DNA of 64,000 bases from an uncultured Dehalococcoidales bacterium. GTDB taxonomy: Bacteria; Chloroflexota; Dehalococcoidia; E44-bin15. The notes beneath the pieces are model-generated. The model ran no database searches. It saw nothing but the letters and a program-made list of their open reading frames with translations, and was not told the origin of the DNA. Location: the NCBI GenBank assembly GCA_964428725.1, contig CAYRYW010000009.1, forward strand, positions 468 to 64,467. Direction: 5' to 3'. Positions 1-8,826 of the stretch are shown here, piece after piece. Position numbers and translations under genes: made by a program. Numbering within the stretch: the first letter of the stretch is position 1; each line of letters opens with the position of its first letter.

Positions 1-29
1 ATCCCCCAGGACCCGCAAGCAATTGTCAG

Positions 30-632
30 ATGAGTACCTCGAACAATCGCTCTACTTGGGGTATCTACCCTGATGCAGAGAATGTCTGGATAGCATGCGG
101 GGGCGGCAGCTGCGGCTATGCGGCCTATTGGAAAGAAGGCGGCGGGTACACCCAAATAGACCCAAACCACGATCTTGGGTCCCAGACAGCGGCGAGTGTT
201 TTAGATGGGTATGCGGTTACTTGGGAGGGATGGATCTGGACAGAGGCATCGGGGTACCTGACCAGATGGTCGGAATCTATCCAGTGTAAGCCCGCATACC
301 GAGTGGACCAAGCAGGCGGATCTCTACTGTTTGCAAGTCCTGACACTGGGAAACTATATCTAGACACCTCAGAGATAGCCACAGCTTCAAGTCTATTCGA
401 CTATGATTACGGTGGTGTCCCGGCCTTTGTGAGGGGTGGTGATGAGATCATCTGGGTGGCCCGGGATAGTCGAACTGATGGAGACACCTTGATCGTGTGG
501 TCAGACGACCAATTCACTACGTACGTAGACAAGACAGGAGATTGGTGGACCTCTTGTGGAGCATGGGGTGGGGCCACCGGGTCCAGTGGGGACCAGGGGA
601 ATGCCGTGGCAATAGCGATTGAGATTCAATGA
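30..632 (+). CDS. hypothetical virion protein in the tail-fibre module (start may lie outside the window)
   Basis: 200-codon ORF. The frame has no stop back to position 3. W/G/Y/T-rich composition typical of fibre/receptor-binding proteins. Co-directional and contiguous with the fibre genes downstream. Confidence 0.5.
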   Translation: MSTSNNRSTWGIYPDAENVWIACGGGSCGYAAYWKEGGGYTQIDPNHDLGSQTAASVLDGYAVTWEGWIWTEASGYLTRWSESIQCKPAYRVDQAGGSLLFASPDTGKLYLDTSEIATASSLFDYDYGGVPAFVRGGDEIIWVARDSRTDGDTLIVWSDDQFTTYVDKTGDWWTSCGAWGGATGSSGDQGNAVAIAIEIQ

Positions 633-642
633 AGGTGATTGG

Positions 643-1572
643 ATGCCCATTACTGTAGGATCATTGAGAGAGCGTCTAGCAGCCATGCTGGACGAGAAGC
701 AGCCGAGGCAGAGGGCGATGGCCGGTCTTTTAGGCCGTGTATCCGATGAGCAAGTAGAGGTCACTACCCGACCGGGATATGTCTATGTCAGGATGGGTAA
801 TGCAGAAACACTGGGGCAGGTGAGGAATAAGCGGGTCCCTAATACTTACAATCTGCCTGTCTACGTTGGAGTGGATCCGGTATCCAGGGAGGTCGAGATC
901 CTGGGCATCCGACAGGGGGCATACATCAAGGCTGGGTATGATGCGATACCAGAGATCGAGCCCCACGCTTCCACTCACCAATGGCCATCAGTCGGGGACA
1001 GCAGTGCAAATGGAAGTGATGCAGTACACATCCATTGGCGTCAGATACGTGGTCTGCGGGTCACGATCGTCAGTGGATTCACTGTAAAGGCCGGAGGGGC
1101 TCCTCTGTACAGAGAGGGAACCGGTTGGACGTGGATACCTGAACAGAATCTCGACTTAACCGACCTAAAGCCGACAACTGGGGCTAAGTATGCGCTGGTA
1201 TACCTGGATGCGGACGGCGTGCTGCAGTACAGAGAGGGAACCCGGGTTTTCCCATCAACTGATATCGACATATCTGATTGTCCATCCCCCACCACTGATG
1301 AGATTCCTCTTGCCGCGGTAATGCTCACTGGGGCTCAATCGCAAATCAGAGAAACTAGAGACGCCCAGGACATCGTGGACCTTCGATTTCCGCAGACTAC
1401 CTTGGCCCAGTCAATAGTGACAGTCGGCCAGCTAGCTGCGGTAGAGAGTGAACTCGATTATGATATCACCCGGCTGCTGATGGATGCTCTACCCAAAGCT
1501 GTCACGGCACTTCAGGCAGAAGTAGAAGCGGAATTGGATTATGCATTGACCAGGCACGTAGTGGAGGGATAA
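643..1572 (+). CDS. hypothetical tail/baseplate-associated structural protein
   Basis: Frame of track ORF 619..1572. The ATG at 643 follows a GAAGGTG RBS and the upstream stop (630-632). 309 aa. Position in the fibre module. Confidence 0.5.
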   Translation: MPITVGSLRERLAAMLDEKQPRQRAMAGLLGRVSDEQVEVTTRPGYVYVRMGNAETLGQVRNKRVPNTYNLPVYVGVDPVSREVEILGIRQGAYIKAGYDAIPEIEPHASTHQWPSVGDSSANGSDAVHIHWRQIRGLRVTIVSGFTVKAGGAPLYREGTGWTWIPEQNLDLTDLKPTTGAKYALVYLDADGVLQYREGTRVFPSTDIDISDCPSPTTDEIPLAAVMLTGAQSQIRETRDAQDIVDLRFPQTTLAQSIVTVGQLAAVESELDYDITRLLMDALPKAVTALQAEVEAELDYALTRHVVEG

Positions 1573-1576
1573 AGCA

Positions 1577-2209
1577 ATGTCTTTTGGCAACACACAGAAA
1601 GATGGGAGTGGCACCTCGTATTGGCTCCTGCAGGATAGCGACGGCCGGCTGTTGGTCTCGGGGGCTGCGGCCGAGGATGCCGCTGTCGACGGATACCCAG
1701 TGCTGACCGGTGGCAGATACGACTCAACCAACCGTGATCTCGATGATGGGGATGTGGGGGCCATGGCTCTGAACGCTGACGCCCAAATAATTGTGGATGA
1801 CGGCTGGAGCCCCAGCTTGCAGGCGGATGAAACCGAAGACGATAGCGACAAAACGTTCACCGTTCCTGCCAGCACCCGTTGGCGCATCCAATCTATCTGG
1901 GTGGAGTATGCCTCCTCAGCGGACGCCGGAGATCGACAGCTCTGTATCGAGATCCAAGATGACAGCTCCGATGTCATCTTGCAAGTCCGACCCGGTCAGA
2001 CCCAGGCAGCCTCTGAAACCAGGTACTATGCCCTCGCCCCCCACATCACTGAGTTGGCCGCTTTCAGGGATACCGATTACCTATCTACCATCCTCCCGAG
2101 TCTGGAGCTCGGGGCAGGCTATGTCGTTCGAGTTTACGACAATAACGCAGTTGCGGCTGCAGCGGACGACATGGTAATTCAGATGCTGGTGGAGGCCAGG
2201 ACTGTCTAA
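1577..2209 (+). CDS. hypothetical structural protein (beta-sandwich-like composition)
   Basis: 210 codons. GGAGGGA RBS 7 nt upstream. Starts 5 nt after the previous stop. Lies between fibre-module genes. Confidence 0.5.
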   Translation: MSFGNTQKDGSGTSYWLLQDSDGRLLVSGAAAEDAAVDGYPVLTGGRYDSTNRDLDDGDVGAMALNADAQIIVDDGWSPSLQADETEDDSDKTFTVPASTRWRIQSIWVEYASSADAGDRQLCIEIQDDSSDVILQVRPGQTQAASETRYYALAPHITELAAFRDTDYLSTILPSLELGAGYVVRVYDNNAVAAAADDMVIQMLVEARTV

Positions 2210-2212
2210 ACA

Positions 2213-3811
2213 ATGACCACCAACCACCACCCACGCAGGTATTACATCGGCACTACAGCAGAACGCACTGCGCTGTCTCCCCCATCCGATGCACAGGGGA
2301 CCCACTTCTTTGATACCGATCTTAGTGTCCAGTTTTATTGGACGGGCTCCACCTGGAAATCGTATGGGACATCGGTACCCAATCACGATCACAGTGGGGA
2401 CGCGGGGGATGGCGGCCAGTTTGCTGGCATCGATGCCCTAACAGACCTGACAACCGGAGATGGCGCAAACGGCGTAGTAAGGACGGATGCCAACAAGGGG
2501 ATCCACCCGGCCCGTCTTGGAGTGGGGGCTGCCGTTCCGGACAGAGATGGGGTTGTCGCCATGGCGGAGACCTCCGACCCCACATCTGGCGGTGCTGGGT
2601 TGGCCAGGCTGTTCTTCAAGAATGCCGGCGGCCAGACCCAGCTCTATTTCATGGGGGACCAGGGTTCTGTCTACCAAATCCAGGGCATTGCCGAAGACGT
2701 TACTGTCACAGTTGGCGGCACTGGTGACTTCGCCACGATCCAGGGTGCCGTTGATTGGTTCAAGTCCTGGGTTATCAAGGGCGATTGCGTCATTGATGCG
2801 GACGCGGGTGCCTACGACGAGGCTGTCAGCTTTGCCGACCTGCTTATTTGTCCTGGCTCGACGCTCACGCTGCAAGGCGATGATGAGCACGCCTTAGCTG
2901 GAATCACCTACGTCGATGGCGCTGAAATGAACCAGTCAGGTGTTGCCAATGGTGGCGATGGCACATGCGCGCTTGCCACCAATGGCGCGCGCGACCAGAT
3001 TACCATCACTGGCACGGTTGCCAACCCGGACTTTGATGCAGACGGCTGGGCCAATGGTGACGAGATTATAGTCTATGCAGATGATGGCAACATTTATGAA
3101 AGGACAATTAACAGCATTGACCCAGGAGGCGCAGGCACCAATGTTATAGAAGTCACAGCCGCGCTTCCAGTTGGGGCAACACTTGGCAACGATGCTACAG
3201 CGGTTGGACTAAAGCCGAGTTGGGGAATTGAGCGAACGGCAGCAGGCTATTGCGTCACGGCAACGGGTAACGGTGTCATCCTAAGCGGATGGTATCTGGA
3301 GCCGCACACTGGCGCTGATTGCACGGGGATTCACATCACGACTCGCGGCTCACTGACAATTGAAAACACTCTAATCTATGCAGAGGACCATGGCATCAGA
3401 ATTGAGCCTGAATGCAGTTGTGTGCAACCATCTGACAGAGAGGGGCCAATTTCGGTATGGTCGGGCGATCGTGGCATGTATGTGGTTGGTGGCGCATTCG
3501 AGCTTTATTATCTCATCTGCATTGGCGGCAATTATGGCATTCGCGCGCAGAACTTCGCAAACGCCATTACCTACAAAGCAATTTTTGCGAATCAGGCCAG
3601 TTATGGCATTTACTGTCAGTATCATACAAATGGTTATGTAGTCAATGGCACAGCAAGGCAGATCGCTGGCACGGCGTACTATGCGCATGGCAATAGTGCC
3701 ATTGCTGCGAACAACACAAACGCGAACAATAATAATCCTGCTGGTACAGACTACAATCCAGCGGTATCTTGCACGCCTGGCAACTGTGGCGCTGTGATTC
3801 AGTGGAGCTAG
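2213..3811 (+). CDS. tail fibre / tailspike with probable right-handed beta-helix (pectate-lyase-like) domain
   Basis: 532 codons. The N terminus (YYIGTTAERTAL..THFFDTD..YWTGSTW) looks like the conserved phage fibre adaptor region. GDFATIQGAVD plus repetitive G/T/A/N-rich segments follow. The 3' two-thirds is visibly lower in GC. Confidence 0.65.
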   Translation: MTTNHHPRRYYIGTTAERTALSPPSDAQGTHFFDTDLSVQFYWTGSTWKSYGTSVPNHDHSGDAGDGGQFAGIDALTDLTTGDGANGVVRTDANKGIHPARLGVGAAVPDRDGVVAMAETSDPTSGGAGLARLFFKNAGGQTQLYFMGDQGSVYQIQGIAEDVTVTVGGTGDFATIQGAVDWFKSWVIKGDCVIDADAGAYDEAVSFADLLICPGSTLTLQGDDEHALAGITYVDGAEMNQSGVANGGDGTCALATNGARDQITITGTVANPDFDADGWANGDEIIVYADDGNIYERTINSIDPGGAGTNVIEVTAALPVGATLGNDATAVGLKPSWGIERTAAGYCVTATGNGVILSGWYLEPHTGADCTGIHITTRGSLTIENTLIYAEDHGIRIEPECSCVQPSDREGPISVWSGDRGMYVVGGAFELYYLICIGGNYGIRAQNFANAITYKAIFANQASYGIYCQYHTNGYVVNGTARQIAGTAYYAHGNSAIAANNTNANNNNPAGTDYNPAVSCTPGNCGAVIQWS

Positions 3812-3814
3812 TCA

Positions 3815-4174
3815 ATGTGGATTATTGTGCGCAAGTCAGATAATATTGTGGTTGGCACGCAGAGAGAGATTGACCCCACGCCATATTGGGACGCTGAGAA
3901 ATTCGAGGTTAAAGAGTATCATGGTTGCTGTGCCAAGATTGGCGAAATTGACCCAACGCTTGACGACCCCGATTGGCAAATCTTGGCAAATTCACGTGTA
4001 GATTTTGACGCACTGGCAGACAAAGCAGACAATGAAGTGGCGCGGCTTGAGAACGCTATACCGCAAATTGAGGCTGCCAGCCTAGATGAACTGCGCACGC
4101 TGCTACAAAGACTGGCGCGCCAGAACCTAGAGCAAATCAAGGCCTGGCGCTATTTATTTAGGAGATTGACATGA
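3815..4174 (+). CDS. hypothetical; possibly tail-fibre assembly/chaperone protein
   Basis: 119 codons directly after the fibre gene. Low GC like the fibre 3' end. Helical C-terminal half. Function inferred from position only. Confidence 0.4.
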   Translation: MWIIVRKSDNIVVGTQREIDPTPYWDAEKFEVKEYHGCCAKIGEIDPTLDDPDWQILANSRVDFDALADKADNEVARLENAIPQIEAASLDELRTLLQRLARQNLEQIKAWRYLFRRLT

Positions 4175-4409
4175 ACTTACTAGAGAATGGCAGATTTGAG
4201 ACAGATTGGTCAGAAGAAAAAAGCCACGATTGTGCCGCCAACTAGACAATCAATCTGCTTGCACTGCAATAGCACTTGTGCCCGGCGGAGGCAATGATGC
4301 ACAACTGCGAGGATTTTCTCTCCAATTTTCCACTACCAGGGCAGTCTACACCAGAAGAAGCAGGCACTGCGGGCAGTGGGACGTCATTGTGATCCGATGC
4401 CGTCTTTAG
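4171..4409 (+). pseudogene. possible 5' remnant of a paralogue of the 654-aa glycosidase gene (40414..42378)
   Basis: An ATG overlaps the previous stop (ATGA). The 24-codon ORF MNLLENGRFETDWSEEKSH.. resembles the N terminus ..YLENPGFNVPWEAEESH.. of the 40414 product, then hits a stop. The remainder is only weakly similar in another frame. Confidence 0.25.
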
Positions 4410-5007
4410 GTCCCCATGCCGACACCCAGCCGGCCGTCTCTCTTCTGGCAATCGTTCTGAGCATAGGGGCCAGACTGTCCCAAGGATCGTCTGTTAGCAT
4501 CCTGGGGTGCACCCGGAAAAAGACCCACCCCTGCATCTGGGCCGCATTGGCCTTTCGGATATCGTTGAGTATTCCTCGGATTGAGCCGTGCGCTTGACCG
4601 GTGAAGATGCCCCCCTCACATTCGACAATTACTCCGGATAAAGGCCAGGCGAAGTCGGCTAAATATCTGCGGGTGGGAATAAAAGGAAACTGCGACAGGG
4701 GGCCTCTGGGGGCCCATCCCTTTACAACTAGGGTGCTGGATGTCAGTTTCCAGATGGTCCAGAAGTGTGCCTCTAGATTGGTCTGCTGGCCGGCCGGCCT
4801 GGGCCGGGGTTCTCTCAACGGGGGCAGTTTGTGCATATTGCGCGCCAAGGCCAACTGCAGGTGGTTCCTTCCTACCACTCTGGCATTGCTCTCAAGGGAG
4901 ACCTCTTCGGCTTTACTCAGCAAGGTCTCCAGCCCCCGTGGGCCGTACCATCTCCTCAGGCTGCCATCGATAAATTGATTGGCGGAATCAGTGAAAATGC
5001 GTGTCAT
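4384..5007 (-). CDS. PD-(D/E)xK nuclease, Vsr/DUF559-like
   Basis: 207 codons. The C-terminal half (RRYLADFAWP..VIVECEGG..H..D.RK.N....GW.VFR) fits the Vsr/DUF559-type endonuclease core. Confidence 0.55.
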   Translation of the reverse strand: MTRIFTDSANQFIDGSLRRWYGPRGLETLLSKAEEVSLESNARVVGRNHLQLALARNMHKLPPLREPRPRPAGQQTNLEAHFWTIWKLTSSTLVVKGWAPRGPLSQFPFIPTRRYLADFAWPLSGVIVECEGGIFTGQAHGSIRGILNDIRKANAAQMQGWVFFRVHPRMLTDDPWDSLAPMLRTIARRETAGWVSAWGPKDGIGSQ

Positions 5008-5018
5008 CCTTTTCCCCT

Positions 5019-6404
5019 CTAGAATGGGATCTCTTCTTGTTCCTCTGGCAGGGGCCCCCGATCGAGCCCGGGCTCTCTATCCTTTACTTCTGCGTGCTCC
5101 CCAAAGTAAGCATGCGCCCGGCCCAGTCTCCCTGTCAGCCGATTTTTGTCACAGATAATCTCCATGCTTCTGCCCTTGGGATTTGGTCTGCCATCGGAGG
5201 TGCTGGTGGCCAGGGCCTCCCTCCATAGAAGAAGCACGATATCGGCATCTTGGGCCAGCATGCCGGACCATTGGAGGTCTTCTTTTTTCGGGCGTCGAAC
5301 TCCCCGTTTTTTCTTGGCCTGGGTGTCGGATTCCCTTCTGAGCTGGTGGTTCGCGAATATGCACGCGTCTAATTCTCTGGACAGATGGAGCAAGGACCCC
5401 GAAGCCGTGCCCAATTTTAACGGCCTGTGGTCGGAATCCCTGGGAACAAAACAGCCCAGATAATCGATCATCAGAATGTCCAGGCCTTCCTTTGCCTTCC
5501 TTTGATATGCCAGGCTTCGTATGTCGCCCACAGTAGAGCAAGAAGCATCCATCCAGATGGGCAGCTCCCCCATGATCTCCGCTGCTGCACTTACACGGGC
5601 CCATTGCTCTGAATTCAAGCCCCGTTTCATTTCTATGAGGCTCACTTGGGCGATGGAGGACAACATTCTGACCAGCAATTGGTCAACGGACATCTCGCCC
5701 GTGACGAAGCAGGCCCGATATCCCTTGCTGGCGATATTCAACAGAAGCTGCAGGGCAAAGGCGGTTTTGCCGATAGACGTTTGCCCACCGCAAAGAACCA
5801 GGGACGGCTCCAGTCCCCCCAGCATTCTGTCCAGGCTGCCGATGCCGGTGGGAATGCCCCTCACCTCCCCGGGTTTCAAGGGCTTTTCTCTCCACCCGGA
5901 TATTCTTTCCACAGCAGCAGGGAGGGAGATGCTTGGGGGTCCAGAGGTGGCACCAAACTTGTCGGATCCACCCAGCAAATCGGAGCAAATCCGATGAACG
6001 ATCGGGTGAGCATCCTCCGATTGGTTGTGGGCAGCCACGGCCAGACGACTGGCCTCTTGTAATAGGTTCCTTCTGTAGGAGCAGTCCTTAACTATTCGGG
6101 CGTGAGATCCGACAGCCTGTGAGCTGGGGGTCTGATTGATTAGTTCGGTCAATCGAGCCATCCCACCGATTGGGGCTAGCTGTCCCTTCCTCCTCAGGAA
6201 TTCGGAAATGGTAAGGAGATCGGTGGTCTCCCCCTCTTTGAATAGTGCCTGAAGGGCTGCCATCACCCAGGCATTCTCCTGCACCGAGAAATCCTCCGGA
6301 GACAACAGCCGGCCGACCCTGGGGATAGCCCCAGGGTCGATTAGGCAAGCTCCCAATACGGCGCATTCCGCCTCCAAACTGGCAGGTGGGGGCGGGGAGG
6401 TCAT
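5019..6404 (-). CDS. dnaB: replicative DNA helicase, DnaB family
   Basis: DnaB N-terminal pattern (LEAECAVLGACLIDPGAI). Walker A GGQTSIGKTAFALQL. Walker B-like ILMIDYLG. The start ATG at 6404 overlaps the upstream stop (ATGA). The track ORF extends to 6461. Confidence 0.85.
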   Translation of the reverse strand: MTSPPPPASLEAECAVLGACLIDPGAIPRVGRLLSPEDFSVQENAWVMAALQALFKEGETTDLLTISEFLRRKGQLAPIGGMARLTELINQTPSSQAVGSHARIVKDCSYRRNLLQEASRLAVAAHNQSEDAHPIVHRICSDLLGGSDKFGATSGPPSISLPAAVERISGWREKPLKPGEVRGIPTGIGSLDRMLGGLEPSLVLCGGQTSIGKTAFALQLLLNIASKGYRACFVTGEMSVDQLLVRMLSSIAQVSLIEMKRGLNSEQWARVSAAAEIMGELPIWMDASCSTVGDIRSLAYQRKAKEGLDILMIDYLGCFVPRDSDHRPLKLGTASGSLLHLSRELDACIFANHQLRRESDTQAKKKRGVRRPKKEDLQWSGMLAQDADIVLLLWREALATSTSDGRPNPKGRSMEIICDKNRLTGRLGRAHAYFGEHAEVKDREPGLDRGPLPEEQEEIPF

Positions 6405-7012
6405 TCGTACACCGGGTAGTCCGGCTCTTGATCGTCCTGCCATGCCATGGCCCGACCCCATTCGGATCTGACCTGGGAAGGATGGGGGGCATACCCCTTC
6501 AGCCCCCTCCAGTCCTGGTCATACCAGTAATCCCGGAACAGGCACACATCCTCCGGTGTAGCCCCTGCCTCCCTCAGAACCCGGGCCGCTTGGTTCAGCT
6601 TCCCCCTGTCCCCAGCAGTTATCGTGGCAGCATCAATCTCGCAGATTTCCGCCAATGCAGCAAACAGGGCCCGGTGCTGGTCCTGCAGAGGCACCCTGGT
6701 GGGTGCTGTTCCAGGGAGCTTCTCATTCGGGTGGGCCGTCAGGGTGTATTCCGATGTTTTCCCAGGTCGCAATGTCTTGTCAATGTAGCCGGTCTCCTCC
6801 AACGTGCTCAAGGCCCGGCGCACTACCCGGCTATTGGTTCCCAGCTCGGTAGCAACCTGCTTGACTCCCGGCCAGTCTGCATATGTCGATCTCCACCAAC
6901 TGAGATACGCAAATACCCGGATTTCTATCCCTCCCACCCGGCTATCCGTGATCAGGTAGATCGGGACGGTGGCCATCGTCCACCCATCTCTCACTCGTTC
7001 CTGTTTTGCCAT
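6401..7012 (-). CDS. winged-helix DNA-binding protein; candidate replication organiser/helicase loader
   Basis: 203 codons. HTH segment VKQVATELGTNSRVVRRALSTLEETGYI. Lies immediately upstream of, and coupled to, dnaB. Confidence 0.5.
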   Translation of the reverse strand: MAKQERVRDGWTMATVPIYLITDSRVGGIEIRVFAYLSWWRSTYADWPGVKQVATELGTNSRVVRRALSTLEETGYIDKTLRPGKTSEYTLTAHPNEKLPGTAPTRVPLQDQHRALFAALAEICEIDAATITAGDRGKLNQAARVLREAGATPEDVCLFRDYWYDQDWRGLKGYAPHPSQVRSEWGRAMAWQDDQEPDYPVYE

Positions 7013-7022
7013 GCCTCCCTCC

Positions 7023-7643
7023 TCAATCCGCTATGCGGAAGTCATCGATCCACAAGGGTGTTCCCACCTTGTCTCTCCAGATGTGGGCTTCGATACCAAG
7101 GTCTCTGGTGTCATACTTCGTGCCGGGCTCCATTTTCTCCACTTTGGCCCCCAAAGACCCCAGCAATTCCCCGAATTCGTCCGTTTTATCACTGTGGACG
7201 GCCAGGCCGGCCTGCTGGAATCCGGGCCCGTACACCCGCCAACCGGTTTCCCCATCTCTATCAAACATGGATATCTGGCCGATCCGAACAAAGGCATCGG
7301 GATCTGCGGCCGACTTCTTGGGTTCGGGCCCTCGTCTGGCCTTCCTCTTGGCCCTCTTCTTGGCCGGCTGGGCCGGCGCGCTCTTCAGTAGGGGTGCCAA
7401 TTGGGTCTTGACCTGTTCGACGGCGTATTCCCACATCATGGCCACACCTTCGTCCAGATCGTCCTCGTCGGTGATGTCTGCCCAAAGCCTGAATTCCAAA
7501 TCGGCGCTACTCCAATTCCCCAGGTTGACTTTCCTGCCGTATGCCAGGGATACCGTCTTGATATGAGGCATTCCCTCTGGGGATTTTACCAGAGCCTCCA
7601 CCCGTTCGGGGGCTTCGGCTTGCCCGTTCTCTGTGTCTGTCAT
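7023..7643 (-). CDS. hypothetical protein (basic K/R/A/P-rich linker between two domains)
   Basis: 206-codon ORF in the operon, with an AGGAGG-type RBS (GGAGGAGGCAGT ATG). Confidence 0.5.
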   Translation of the reverse strand: MTDTENGQAEAPERVEALVKSPEGMPHIKTVSLAYGRKVNLGNWSSADLEFRLWADITDEDDLDEGVAMMWEYAVEQVKTQLAPLLKSAPAQPAKKRAKRKARRGPEPKKSAADPDAFVRIGQISMFDRDGETGWRVYGPGFQQAGLAVHSDKTDEFGELLGSLGAKVEKMEPGTKYDTRDLGIEAHIWRDKVGTPLWIDDFRIAD

Positions 7644-7655
7644 ACTGCCTCCTCC

Positions 7656-8009
7656 TTAAATGCTGCCCAAAGCCAACACGATCACGATAATCGCTGCTAG
7701 GGCGACGATCAAAGCCCGTTCCAATCGATCGAGCGCTTCCAGTTTATTCCGTTTATGCTGCCCCCAAGAATTGGCCGCCACAACCAGCATGCTCAGTCTT
7801 GACCAAGCCTCCCAGTTCGACTCTATCTCCAGCAGCCTGTGGTCCATGGGGCCGGGCGTGCTCCATTCCGGGATATCCAGATAGGCAATGGGCCGCCCTT
7901 TTTCATCTTTCACGGTGAAGCGCAACTCGTCGTATTCTGCATGCAGGGTATACAAGCGTATCGCCTCCTTGAGGCTGTTAAAGGAGTGGAGGAGGTCGGC
8001 CCCCTCCAC
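7656..8009 (-). CDS. hypothetical protein with C-terminal transmembrane helix
   Basis: 117 codons with a GTG start. The C terminus ALIVALAAIIVIVLALGSI is hydrophobic. Confidence 0.45.
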   Translation of the reverse strand: MEGADLLHSFNSLKEAIRLYTLHAEYDELRFTVKDEKGRPIAYLDIPEWSTPGPMDHRLLEIESNWEAWSRLSMLVVAANSWGQHKRNKLEALDRLERALIVALAAIIVIVLALGSI

Positions 8010-8015
8010 TCGCCC

Positions 8016-8171
8016 TCACGACCCTTCGCTGTTGCTGCCCTCGTCCTCCCCGTCTTCTTCAGGGAAGCACACAATTGTGCCGATCTCCTCTGGCGGCACG
8101 GGGTCTACTCCAACCAAATCCTCAGGCGTGACGATGGCCACCTCCGGGTCTTCGTGGAAACACGGGCGCAT
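8016..8171 (-). CDS. small, very acidic hypothetical protein (51 aa)
   Basis: Not in the ORF track because it is under 60 aa. Near-perfect RBS AAGGAGGTGAT, then 5 nt, then ATG at 8171. Product is MRPCFHEDPEVAIVTPEDLVGVDPVPPEEIGTIVCFPEEDGEDEGSNSEGS. Confidence 0.45.
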   Translation of the reverse strand: MRPCFHEDPEVAIVTPEDLVGVDPVPPEEIGTIVCFPEEDGEDEGSNSEGS

Positions 8172-8208
8172 ACGAAATCACCTCCTTTGGCGCGCTCCCT
8201 CCAGGGGA

Positions 8209-8811
8209 TTACTCCTGCTTACTCCATACAATCTCGACATTGACATCGATTGCGGTCTTGGAAACTGCTGCCAGCATCTCCAGTTCACGGCGGACATGGC
8301 CGGTCAGATCCTCTCTGAACTCCTCAATCAAGCCATGCTCCTTGCGGAAAGCGCTGGCCAGGTCCTCTTCTGCACGCGCACTCTTGGGAATCCCGATGCT
8401 GACATGGAAACTGGGCATCCCCTCCCGTTTCTCCTGCTCAGCCTTGTGCTGCTTGTAGGTGCCATTTAGGCAGTCCTCACACCAACCTCTGAGATAGGCG
8501 CTGCCATTGGGAGTGTGCATCTCCTTGCAAAGCACCGCCGGGGACTCTTTGCACCGATAGCAAGTCACCTCCTCCCCATCAGGCACAGGCTCCAGAGTGC
8601 TGACATCTACTTTGCTCTTGCGTCCGGCTATCGGTCTCCTCCTCTCTGGACCGTTGCCCTCCAGGCAATCCCCACACCAACCGCGCGGGTATTTGGACCC
8701 ATTGGGGGTTTTCATCCACCTGAACTCATCGGCTGGATTGACCCTGCAGCGATAACAGACTAGATCCATGTCGTCGGGAACCGGTTGCAGCTTACTCCTG
8801 TCTATAGCCAC
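8209..8811 (-). CDS. tandem zinc-ribbon protein (internal duplication)
   Basis: Two ~45-aa repeats: PVPD..CYRC(R/K)..P....(M/H)(K/T)PNGS.Y.RGWC.DCL.G. The likely GTG start at 8811 follows a GAGGAGG RBS. The track ORF starts at a TTG at 8826. Confidence 0.6.
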   Translation of the reverse strand: MAIDRSKLQPVPDDMDLVCYRCRVNPADEFRWMKTPNGSKYPRGWCGDCLEGNGPERRRPIAGRKSKVDVSTLEPVPDGEEVTCYRCKESPAVLCKEMHTPNGSAYLRGWCEDCLNGTYKQHKAEQEKREGMPSFHVSIGIPKSARAEEDLASAFRKEHGLIEEFREDLTGHVRRELEMLAAVSKTAIDVNVEIVWSKQE

Positions 8812-8826
8812 CGTGTGCCTCCTCAA

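Noticed and set aside
6386-7411. Long ORFs antisense to, or out of frame with, well-supported genes. Examples: 6386..7411 (+), 14120..15067 (+), 14902..15840 (+), 24280..25467 (+), 35614..36711 (-), 45889..46647 (-), 53708..54664 (-), 34235..34774 (-).
   Set aside because: They overlap genes with clear motifs (HTH/DnaB, Toprim protein, MTase, TerL, capsid). They have Pro/Arg/Gly/Ser-rich low-complexity translations typical of shadow ORFs in GC-rich DNA, and they lack RBS and gene-to-gene coupling.
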